Assembly: GCA_036172245.1 (NCBI GenBank)
Contig: JAYWIR010000005.1
Location: 2,790,001 to 2,854,000, forward strand
Reading direction: 5' to 3'
DNA from: Raillietiella orientalis
Taxonomy: Eukaryota
DNA length: 64,000 nt
Made by a program: the position numbers and the translations under genes. A model generated the notes under the pieces. It was not told the origin of the DNA. It searched no databases and saw only the letters and a program-made list of their open reading frames with translations. Positions within the stretch are counted from its first letter, which is position 1. Each line of letters starts with the position of its first letter. Positions 26,001 to 36,500 of the stretch are shown piece after piece.

Positions 26001-29000
26001 CTTATTCTTGAGGAAGCAGTTTGCCTTCTTGCCTCGGGAAATAAAGCAAATCAGAAATTTGCGCTATCGGGAGAATGTCATCTCTTGTAAATCTGCAGTT
26101 CTTATCCTTCTTCACATGCATCTAAGAAAACAACCCTTGTCTCTTGGCGACTGAAAAAGGCTTCTACTTTCTTCGGATGACTGCTTTCGTAAATGTTTTT
26201 CCTCAAATGAGGAACACTGCTCTTCTTGTCTCTTGCCTCACCAGGTTCATTACATGCTATGAATTCAGAGGCATTATTTTCTCACGATTTGGGTTTCCAT
26301 CTTCGTGACGATGGACTCTCAGCATCTCAGCGACTCCATTCGGTTTCAAGTTACGAGGACCATGTTAATTTGAGTGGCACTTTTCTCATAATTTTTATTT
26401 ATTTATTTTGGTTTTTTGCCGGCACTTCTCACAGAGAAGACCAGCCTGAGTTCTTCTGACAGAAGTGTCGTGCTGGAAGCCGACGAAGGAAATTCTACAT
26501 CCTCTCTTGGTTGCTTCACACCTGAATTCTGTAATGCTCAACTTTTCAAGTTCCACATTTGGGAACTTTGATTCACTTCGGTTCTTACTCTGGAGTTGCG
26601 CAGCTCTCGCAAATGAAAATGGTAGCTGTCTATGTAGTAGTTCGGAGAAATGAAGATGGGGCAGAATTCATGAGGACTTCCAAAACAGGGTCACCCATCC
26701 CCAGGTAAGAAAGCAATCCTCATCGATCTATGCTCTCATGAGGCTTTGACGATGATTCCTTTCCTTGGATTATTTTCTTCCTAAAACTATTGGGATGGCA
26801 TCGCCATTCCATGAGGAGACATCGGATGAGCATTGTGTCCAAACCCAGCAATTTCCTACTTAAATACTAATTTCATGAAATTTCCCTTCAGCCCTCTCCA
26901 GCATCTCCTAGATTTTTCCTTGCTTTCACAATGATGGAATCATTTTCCAGTTTGTCTATTTCTAGTCATTTTTCAGTGCTACTCACTAGAGAGTGACACT
27001 TTCATGTTTATTCTTAAGCATTCTCCAGAATTTCCTCATGCGCTGACCCAAAACTCCTACAATCGAAGTTTAACTTTCAGGTTTGCCGGGAGCTATCCAA
27101 GGGTTGTAGAAGATTCTCGAGTCTACTGTGCGCTATACTTGATACCGAGTAGTGAATGCTTAAGAATTAATAAATAATTAAATAATAAATAATTAAATAA
27201 AAAAGAATTCATTGGTAAGTATGAACTAGAAGGAGATGAGTGCATTTTCATGCCTCCAGTCTCTAAAGTTAAGCTGCAAAGTGAGCACTTGGGGTAGCTG
27301 GCACAGAGCCAACTACCCCAAGTTGGCACAGCTCATCTCCTAGTTTGAGATGGACAGCTTAGTAACCTCGATCGAGATTCTTATTTCTCAAGAATTCTGA
27401 GCACTCGCTGAGGACTGAAGAAAACATCCATAAACTAATGAGTGAACTCACTCCATTTGGTCCCTTTCCCACACGACGACGATCTTCATGAGTCGGATCC
27501 AACTCTTAATGATCCGTTTTTTCATTTGTCATTGTCTTTTGCATCATCATCCATCATTGCCATTCCTTTTTCAGTATCATCAACTGTTTATTTACTCATT
27601 TACCATCAGCCCTCTCTTTCTGCTTGAGGAACCACTGGAAAGTCTCCTCCTATAAAAGCGTCTCTGACGGCGAAACCACACATGCTTTTATGTGCTTGTG
27701 TACACACTCAATGTGTGAGCAATGGGGCCACGGAACGCCTAATCTGAATTGGTGAACATTCGCCTTTCGTCACCCAAGTCGGCTGGTTAATCCACACAAA
27801 GTTTGTTCTACAAGATGTCCAACTCTTCTTTTGCACAATCCTGGACTCCCGGTCTCAGGACAAGAGTTGACGACGGAGCAAATTTTGATTCCGACTTGCG
27901 TTCCTCTACGCGACACGCTTGCTTTTAAGTGATGATGTTAGTGATGAGCTTGTTAGTGATGAGCACCTCTTTTCGCCCTTATGGATTCCCTGTGATTTCG
28001 GTTTGGATGATGCTAACGGTGATCTCGATTTTTTGTTTTTTCTTTCGTGACTGTTTTTCTTTTGAAGATTTCACTCGTCTCTATTAGCAAATCGACATAT
28101 TCTTCCACTCCGTCTCTTGAACACGCATCATCATTGTGATTTGTCGCAGACGAGCACAGAATGTCTTTTCAACAACATGCAGCTTCACTGGAATCTATTA
28201 AGAATGCTCCCTTATGGTCATCTCCGATAAGCTAAATCTCTGAATGGTCTCTAAATTACGGAATTCACATGTAGGGAAGCTGAACGAACCAAAGAAATGC
28301 AGCCATTTCCAAAACAAACAGGCAAACTCAAAGGAAAGATAGTTTGCATCCAGAAATCCCAAGAAGCGCTGAAGAAAATCTAGAGGACCAATAGACCTAT
28401 TCCCGGGTTCAAGATGGATCCTAGACCTATTCTCCGGGTTCAAGATGGGGGCAGTGAACTACACGATCCACTTTCCCTGTTCTTCGAGAATTCTAGGCAC
28501 ACTAAATTTCGGTGATCACGTGTGTACATGATGACAGTTTTATGTGTGTGCAATGCAGGTAAGCAGAAGTCCTTCTTTCATTCTTTCAACACAAAATTTC
28601 CGAGGCTGATTCAGTGCAAGGCAGTCATGTGCTGTTTCCAACGTAATTTGAGATCTTTACTCTTTTATTCTTTCGTTGAAATAAAAATCTTTCTTGAAAA
28701 TGAATTCTTTACGAGGATACTTGGTCTGAGTACTTAGAAGTCCAAACATGCGTTTTCTTTCGCCGCTAAAATTGAGTGCTTCTATTGCAGCTTGATATAG
28801 CAATCCAATGCCTTCAGAAAGACAAGAAACCGGAAGGATCCTTGTGGTTGTAATTTGGGATCTTCTCAAACCTTCTGAACTTTAAACACTATCAAAGGAC
28901 TAAAGCAGTGCCTATTAAGGGAAGCAGCTCCTGCATGAGCGATCTCACCTGCAAGAGTCTGAAATAATTGACTACCTACGAGTTTGTTGGTCGCTTACAA

Positions 29001-32000
29001 GGTAGCAACATCCACGGAAAGCCTGTAAATAGGATCGGCATTGTAACTGCATGGTACAGCATGGATAAGTGGGTCAAATCTAAAACGAGCAAGCTGTGGG
29101 CTGTCCCTCTTAATCACTAGGGAGTTCTGAGTTAATGAACAGTGGAGAGATAATGACTGGATCTATTATCAGATACGATCTTCTGCAATCAGTGATGTGC
29201 ATGTCAGTTACCACACAGATGAGACACCTGCGTTAATTCGGTGATATCACGGTATTCCACCAACAGCAGCAGCGTCGATCTTTTCACGTGCATCACCCAT
29301 TCGAAAGCAACTTTCAGAATAAAATTCCTAAAACGCTACCCCGAGACCTGATTTTCTCCGAAGGCATTAAACCTCAGAGCTTGATTTATTCTTCAAGATG
29401 ATCAGGCACGCTGTACTCATTAAGACATCATCCTTGTGTGCTATTTTAGCCCATCAGCATCGCTCATGGATGGTTGAATGCAAATAATCAAAGTGCAGTG
29501 ATCCGTTATCGCCTGCCGGTGCCTTGTGAGAAAGTGTACCGTCTCCCAGCACCCGAGAAGTGCGTGTCTCGAGGTAAACTGATTCTAAAAATGGCATGCA
29601 GAAGTATACAAGTGCGCTCTCAAGGGAATGTACACTACAGCACACTGAGATTCCCGGAACACCCACTTTCGGGTTTCTCCAAAAAATGGCCGTGCAAAAG
29701 GAAACCTCCAATTTTCTTCAGTTTTGCTTTTTTCTTTCTTTTCTTTTTTTTTTTTTTTTTTAGCAAAGCGAGGGGTCAGCAAACATGTTTCATAATAGCC
29801 GAAAAGAACATTCGCAGCTTCCGCCTTTCTGCTGAGTAATCTACTGAGATCCGAATACGAACTCATGGAGCTGCTCCCTCCACACATAAAACCTTTTCTG
29901 GATGCTATCTCAAAGAGAAGTGCCAATTGGGCATTCGCTTGCAATCATACTCGATTGAAATCAAATGATCACACAACCGTGGGTGCATCTGTTCCCTCAC
30001 TGCCCTTTAATCTCCAAGCGCTCTTCTCTGCTAATTTCAGATTCATCCCGTGGACAAAAGGCACTCCAGGCATGCCAGGAGATTTCATTTCCTCTACTTC
30101 TTTTGTTTTCTTTGAGGCTACCAAAGACCAACTTCCTTTCCGTCTCTTCACCGAATTCTATGGAAATCTCTGTTTCGAGCAAGCTGACACCGTGAGCGAT
30201 TTCTCAGGGGCTGCCTCCGAAGAATCGATTCGTACCAACCGCAACACGTTAACATGCATTCCCATTTCCGGAGAGCTCCAGTGCTTTCGAGGAAGACTCG
30301 CAAGCATTTCTGTTTCATCTCCGCTTTCGTTGAACGTCTGACAAACCTTTTGAGAAACAGTTCTGGAGAACTAAATGGCAGAACGGGAAATTCGAGGAAA
30401 GACCTTTGGGATGTGAACCGTGGAAGCGAGGAGGCAACCTGTTCGCAGCGCAAATGTGGTTTCTGGAGCAGCATTTCTAGAGATTCGAAGAAATAGCGGG
30501 GCATGAGCCCGAGAACATGCCAAAATGATCAGGACTAATTGAACAGTTACGATGCTTCTAGAAAAAGAAAGTACCAGGATGTTTTTCAAGACGATGGGAA
30601 AGTGCTTGTTCAGGAAAAGCCCATGTCCCCATTCCTAGTTACCCGAAATTCATTATCATTATTTAGATGTTATTCCTTCCAGGTAGAATCCCATCATTTT
30701 GCTTTCTAATCTTCGGTTCTTTACACTGAACTTGCAAGACAATAGAGTTTCCAACTCCTCGGCACGACCGATGACATCAGCAATGGAGACCAGGAATAAA
30801 GCAAATAGATGGATGGAGCTCCGAATATTGAACTCGATGCAGATCTCAGACAAAAAGTTCAATTTGCAACGCTCATCAGGTACTCCGTAGAGCACCTGAG
30901 TGTAGATGTGTCTCTAATTCCAGAAGGAAGATGAAAACTGCTCAGAGGAGTGAGATCCTTCAAGGGAAAAAAAGAAACTCTCAGAAGATGAAATTTCGAT
31001 GCCCAAGAAGCTGCTTGTCCAGACGGCAGCGTGAACGCTTCATGCGAACTGAAATTTAAGGGAACTCACTGAATGCACGCAAAATAGACAGCTTTTGAAG
31101 AGTTGAAAAGAACCACTTCTCAAGATGACCCCTCCTGAGTTTCGCGCAGAAATAAGAAGCATCCTGTGACCAGGAAATCATGAGCTACGGAAGGAAAGTA
31201 CCTGGTAAAAGCAAATTCTTTCTTAGTCTCTGAAGAAAGGAGGGAAGATCGACACGCAAAAAAATATTTGCATCTCTGCTGAAACAACCGGAATCATTGA
31301 CGTCCTCCGTCGAAACCACTCCAGTCTGAGCATCGAAATCACATGTGACCTGCTTGGATGATTCCATGTTATCAATGACATACGGATGACATTGCATCTG
31401 TACGTGCTTTCCTCTTCTTCGTGCACTCAGATTATCATCGAGGGCGATATCTTAACCCAAGAATCCGGTGCAAGACCATCGTATTTTCCAAGGTTCCCCC
31501 CTTGAGTGATCAATGAATCCATAAAGAGGCCAACGAAGGAATTGAAGACACATAACGCACGTGAGGAGCAGATTTTCTGCAACCTTCTCAAGCATCTAAG
31601 AAATGAATCGAATCACGAGAGTGAATGAGTGAATTGCATGTTCCTTTGCGATTGCCTTTTCACGCCCATTTCAATGAATTTAGGTAGGCAAACACTATTG
31701 CATACAGTTTCCGCCTCTTAAGCCTGATTTATGAGAGTATTTACAAATTTAGAACTCCATTACAAGTTCACCACAATGGGTGTATGGGGCCGCAGCAAGG
31801 CGATCACAGGCTCTTGCGTGTCGGCAATTAGCCGTTTTTCAAAGAGTGTGAACAGGAGAACTCGCTTAAGCACAACAAAACGCATTAATGACTTTGGAAT
31901 GCAAACATTATGTTGTTTGTATGTTGCAACTGATGATTTATTGTTACCATGCCTTCAGGAATGGCTTCTTCTGTTGATTGTCTTTGCTTTGCGTAAGGTC

Positions 32001-33468
32001 GAGGTGCACTGGTGTCTGCTAAAGGTGAATAGGTGCGTGGCCAGCAGCTAAGAATTCCACTGAGCTGCTCGTCTATGCCTGCCAATTCCTTTTTACCATC
32101 TTTGCAACCGATCCAAGGCAACGCGTGGTCTTATCTTCCGATCACTGGGATTTCTGATCGCTCGTTTACATCTCTCAGCATTTCGACCGGGCTCAAGTTT
32201 TTGCACAGCAACAAAAATTTCAGCTTGCTATTTTGTAGCCGCACTCACGAGAGCTGTAATCCATAAATTGACAGAGCAAAAGCCGATTGCGGTTGTCATG
32301 TTGCCTCGTATTCTCGGTTTCGTTTCCTTGGTGTCTGCTCGTCATGATGCACACTTTTTCATTCCTCTCTCTTTGCTCGTCTCCATCAATTTCTTTTTCC
32401 CCAGAATCTCATCTTTTGGTGCATAAGAAATTAGAAGAAACTCCTTTCCATGCCATATCAGACAAGCAGCAAAGCTTGAACTCATGGAAAATGACTTAGA
32501 AATCCTTTTGTTTAAACTGCATTTCCTCGTGAAATCAATTCTTCCTTGGAAGCATGGATTATGTGGCACAGTTTGGAGACGCAGGTGCGAATGCTCATTT
32601 TTAGCACGAGTTCAAGCCCAAGTGTGCAAGAGCGTTGCGCAACTTCGTATTCTATGCGTTAGCGAAATACCACCGGGAATGTCGACAAAAAATGAGTCGC
32701 CGGTAGTTCAAAGAAACTTTTCTAACGTAAGTGGAGGGCAAGAAGCAAATTTCAACATGGTACAAGAGAATGGCTCGTGTGGAACCTTTCCCTGCCGAGT
32801 AGACCGTCGCTTCGAGTCTGGTGCGATCACACAGAGGTGCCCATTGGCGTTCCGAAGATTTGCTACGTATCGCAAAACTGGGAGAATCCGCAGAGGACCT
32901 GCTATGAGATGCTTATCTCTAAAAAAGCCATCGAAACTCAGCTCGGCCCTCTAAAAAAAAAAAAAAAAAACTGGACGCCTACGAACTTCTGCATTGGAAA
33001 CCGGAAGCAAAGAACACCGCGAACGAGCAAACATTAAAAAAAAAAAAAGGTTCTGCACGCACCAAATGGCAATCTGGGATGGAGGGATCAGATACAACGG
33101 AAATGAAAGTGTTCGCAATTCTGACTTATCAATAGCTATCTCATCATGCCCCGGGTGTTCAAGACGCTGCTAAGTAACCGAATGGAACAGGAAAGAGGCC
33201 ACAAATGACTATAACACGATCATGAAACCCAAAATTTAATGCCTCAGGCATGTCTGTCCGGGATCATTGCTTTTTAACACGTAATTCCGTTGATGAATGA
33301 GAAGAATAAAACGCAGCTTCTTCCTGATGACCAGACAACATGCAGCAAAAATTCCTAAGCAGAATTCCGAAGCAGACGAGCGCGAGAGCAAAATAACGTG
33401 CTGACGGAGATCTCCATGTGCAAAAGAAAGTCAGTAAACCTTACCTGCATGCAGTCCCTCGTCGACAT
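1..33468 (-). CDS. Strn-Mlck: Gene B: titin-family Ig-repeat muscle protein, Stretchin-MLCK-like N-terminal part (3'-truncated by window edge)
   Basis: Hand-spliced exons: 33468-33445, 23490-23350, 21193-21013, 16736-16433, 16377-16265, 12526-12320, 10998-10816, 10764-10567, 10464-10328, 10253-10101, 10025-9845, 9311-9007, 2078-900, 787-698, 643-<1. All GT-AG and phase-consistent. Motifs WFKDG.E.K.GD.Y.L....LG.Y.C.A.NCMG, IPKHYKKPKFLE, SLSTIREER, LYETPD and ELPAVSFTKET..LMEA match the insect protein I recall as Stretchin-MLCK. The kinase is not in the window, so the symbol is tentative; the gene itself is well supported. Confidence 0.65.
7796..7833. repeat. Perfect 14-bp inverted repeat, 10-nt loop
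   Basis: GGCCATCTGTTCCC-TTGGAAGCTG-GGGAACAGATGGCC. Confidence 0.9.
9007..9311 (-). CDS. Gene B post-Ig conserved linker exon
   Basis: SLSTIREERSSEISIYETP..LALYETPDMSEREAKDIEEMHADELSE. Donor TGCG|GTAAGC splices in phase 1 to 2078 across a 6.9-kb intron. Confidence 0.85.
9360..9715. repeat. AT-rich low-complexity island with (AT)n microsatellite (9587-9602)
   Basis: Abrupt drop in GC relative to the flanking exons; TA-rich runs. Confidence 0.8.
9845..10998 (-). CDS. Gene B Ig domains 4-6 (five exons)
   Basis: PENYRPPEFVEHL..FECKVQGHPTP; PPIFLEQL..VTWFRNG..DEGLWECVATNQFG; IPKHYKKPKFLEPL..CKVMGVPQPRLCWYKD..GTYSCEAVNCMG. Confidence 0.92.
11780..11825. promoter_or_regulatory. Pair of inverted MEF2-consensus sites with adjacent E-box (candidate intronic muscle enhancer)
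   Basis: TTAAAAATAG 11786-11795 and CTATTTTTAA 11816-11825 both match YTA(W)4TAR; CATCTG at 11780-11785. Confidence 0.35.
12320..12526 (-). CDS. Gene B second part of Ig domain 3
   Basis: VSWYRRGEKIEPNAKYRMLEEESGNFVLEMFPAEIEDAGEWKCVARS; acceptor CTTCAG|, donor CAG|GTTAGA. Confidence 0.9.
16265..16736 (-). CDS. Gene B Ig domain 2 and start of Ig 3 (55-nt intron 16432-16378)
   Basis: VPKGYEKPRFLKEL..CKVIGNPTPFLRWFKDG..LGSYACEATNCMG; APLLGEIVVQDSAEVGTDLRLSVK. Confidence 0.9.
21013..23490 (-). CDS. Gene B Ig domain 1 (exons 23490-23350 and 21193-21013; not in the ORF track)
   Basis: GPEILEALQDRTVKIGSSVQLHVEMKPPTSVQ|ANWFHNGSLIHNTERFQIVQEQPRCSLLIKNVISGDGGNWKCVVSNGSSETETSCIMTVI. Confidence 0.85.
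27287..27323. repeat. 16-bp hairpin with one mismatch
   Basis: ACTTGGGGTAG-C-TGGC-ACAGA-GCCA-A-CTACCCCAAGT. Confidence 0.85.
28392..28448. repeat. Short near-tandem direct duplication (26-27 bp, 2 copies)
   Basis: TAGACCTATTCCCGGGTTCAAGATGG-ATCC-TAGACCTATTCTCCGGGTTCAAGATGG. Confidence 0.9.
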
Positions 33469-33514
33469 TTTGCTTTCGAGCCGCTCGTGGGATCAACTCA
33501 AATATCCACACGGA
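33445..33514 (-). CDS. Gene B probable start-codon exon (MSTRDCMQ)
   Basis: Acceptor CTACCTACAG| (exon starts 33514), in-frame upstream TGA, CAAAATG context at 33468, donor CAG|GTAAGG in phase 0 matching the acceptor at 23490. Confidence 0.6.
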
Positions 33515-36500
33515 TCTGTAGGTAGTGGAAAGCGGATCCAGGAAAACGCAACGCCACTAGGACTTTCCGAGTTAGATATCAAAACAGGATAATGTCCCTG
33601 CGAATTTCGCTTGCGAGAATCACGTGAAGAGGAATTACGCACAGGGAAACATAAATAGACCCCAGGATTTACTGCCAAATTTCCTGTCCTTGAAAAGCAT
33701 AAATTAGGCAAATCGATTAAGGCAGGGTACTCCATCCCCCTCTAAATACTTCTCCGAAACTGCTCGAAAAATCCGAAGATCAGGCAAGGGGAAAGTTTCT
33801 GTAGAATGCTCCTTCCATTTTTTCCGTTAGATCTACTCCAAGATTTTTTCCTAGTCAAATCGGCTGGTGGCTTATGCATGGCTCCATTGGTGAGAAGCCA
33901 ATAGTCGCGAAGCAGAGATGATTGAAACAAGGAAAATAAAACGTAGGACGGATACGAGTTGAGGACTGAGTTTTGGGGGGTCGAAGCAGTGAAAGCGAAG
34001 AACGAAATCAAAACATCATTACTTAAAAACCATCATCATGGAAATAACACCCGGATGCATTTCTGAGCTAAACGTTCCTCGCTCACGGAACGCTTTTAAA
34101 AAGGCGGAGTGGGTGGAGGCTGCTGCGACACGCAGTGTAGACAAAGAAATAGAAAAACGCAGACTTTCCACGCACCAAAGGAAAATTCCTCCTATTCCAT
34201 ATTATGGAAGGAAGAGCTCGCCTTCAATCAAACATCCTAACGTGGTCTAAAGACCACGTTCACTGAACTGTTTCACTGGCACAGTCTGTGTCTATCTTAT
34301 TTCACGATTTAGAGCAAGAAAATTAGAGATACTCGACGACAACAACAACAACAAAAATCCTTGACTGCGTTTGCTGATTAAATGAAATCAAAGAAGATGC
34401 TTGCGGGATTAATTTGTGCTTGGCCGCTACCTGGAAACTAAATTTCTTCTATCGGACAGCCCTCTACGAAAAAATGACTGGTTGTCTGAAGCTCTATCCT
34501 CAAGTAATGAATGACCCGACTGCCCTTTCTATTCCGACACACGATTCAGGGTACGCCGAGGGACCACTATCAAGAACGCAGCAAGTTCATTCCAGTGGGA
34601 AGATCCGTACCGACGTATGCCTCCGCTGCCTGTTCGGAAAGACAGGAAGGAAAGTGGCATCGATGCCTAGCCACTCGAGGACATACACCGTCTTTCGATG
34701 CCGCCGATGAGAGCGGAAAAAAGCTACTACCTACCACTGACCTCTTTCGCCGTTAGGCTTTGAGAGCTGAAGAAGTCAGATTTTTCCCCATCCCATGAGA
34801 CCCCGAAATTTCAGGACAGACTGTCGGAGAGAGCGATTTGCTTATGCGGGTCTTATCGAAAACGCTGCTGGTTCCTAGGAAAAAACTCTCGACTGTGCCG
34901 ATCTTAATAAAAATCCAGTTCCTTGGAAATACAAAAAGAACGATAAGGATTTGCTTTTATTCAAGGCACGTTCATCTTTAGAGAATTCTCTCTGCAATCA
35001 TGTCAAGTTCTTCTGCGACTCCGACGACATCACTTATTCACGGCGTTTATTTATGTCTTCGGTCTCGTCCCAAATCCCTCCTCTTCTCCAAGACCCTTAA
35101 CCGCTTGTAGCCCACTTGCGTTTTTGAATTCATTTTCAATTTTGATCTTATTTTCCATTCTTTCGTCCATGTGCTGCACATCTCCGAAGCCAATTTGCAA
35201 GAAAGGGAGACTGTCCACGTTGTCTCCTTCAAAGTCCATCGACTCGGTGCCCCGGTAGTGTGCAACTGGGCGAACAGCGTGAACCACGTGGCTCCCAGGA
35301 AATTTTGCAGAAGTTGAATCTTCCCGTGGATCCCAGACTAAGCATCTTATTCTTAGACCGCACTGCCAACCTCCTCACGTAAACTTTCCTGCTACCTCCT
35401 TTGTCTTGCTCTTGTTGTTTGCAAACGTTCCGAACTCTTGGACAGGGCGCATAAACATGGCTCTCCAGTAATGGTGCTTTCGGCACCACCAGAACGATAT
35501 AGGTTCTGATGAAAAACTGAATCAGGGTCACAGTTGCACCTCACGGTAAGGCAAACAAGTGATTCAGTGACATTTTACAGCTTGTGAGTACGCTTTGTAC
35601 TAGACTTGAGTTCTCCCAAAATGCACCCACGCTTTTCAGATGGATCAGATGGGTCTCATCCCAGAATTCTAGCTCCATCCTCAGGCAACATGTGACTCGA
35701 GATAAATTTCCAAGTTCCAGTTGCCATGAGATTCTATCAAACCTTGCTGACGAATCCAAGGAAAAGGGATCAGAGCTTCCACTTGGATGTTCATTTGAAA
35801 AGGCACAGCGGAATTTTCTTATTTGTGTTTCCATCGAATTCGGGAATTCCGATGAACAGTTTGAGTCTTTTCTCAACGAGAAAAGGTAAGAGGTAAGGAA
35901 ATAAAATTTCCGGTTCGTTGATCAATTACGAACAGGAGGAAAACAAGCGTTTGGTAAGTTACGTAGTTCTCATAGAATTGCTTAGAGTTTATGTAGTTTC
36001 ATAGGGTGTTCTTCTGGAAATTAACGCAGATAAACGTTTCAAGAGAACAATGAAAGATGTTTACAAAATCGTCGCTCGTGCCTTTCTAATCTCATGAAGA
36101 AAAAAGAAGGTGGTTGCCAAGACATAGGGCATGCAATAACCATGAATACAGTATAATTCCGTCAAGAAAATGCGTAAGCACCAATGATTTTCTGGGGTGC
36201 AATTTTCTTGTACTGGAGTGGTTTCACAATCGCCCAGCGCCCACACTCGAGCTGTCTCAGACTCAATCGTTCAGCAGCTGCTTTCGGGAACCCTTGCATT
36301 TAGGTCCATGGCGTTGATTTCAGTCTTCAAGCTGATGGTAAGGGCAATCGCTGCTAAAATCCTTCCGTCTCCATGTTGTGAGTTTTTCAGCTTCATTTTT
36401 CATTTTTTGGAATTTCTTCCCCTGAAACCTTTTAACATTCATTCGGACTCTGCTACAGAAATATGATCCAAGGTTTCGAGGTGATGACGTTGTTGTTGTT

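Noticed and set aside
22103..34260. Short palindromes TTAGTGCAC-C-GTGCACTAA (22103) and AACGTGGTCT-AA-AGACCACGTT (34239-34260)
   Set aside because: Stems of 9-10 bp with no supporting context; no function can be assigned.
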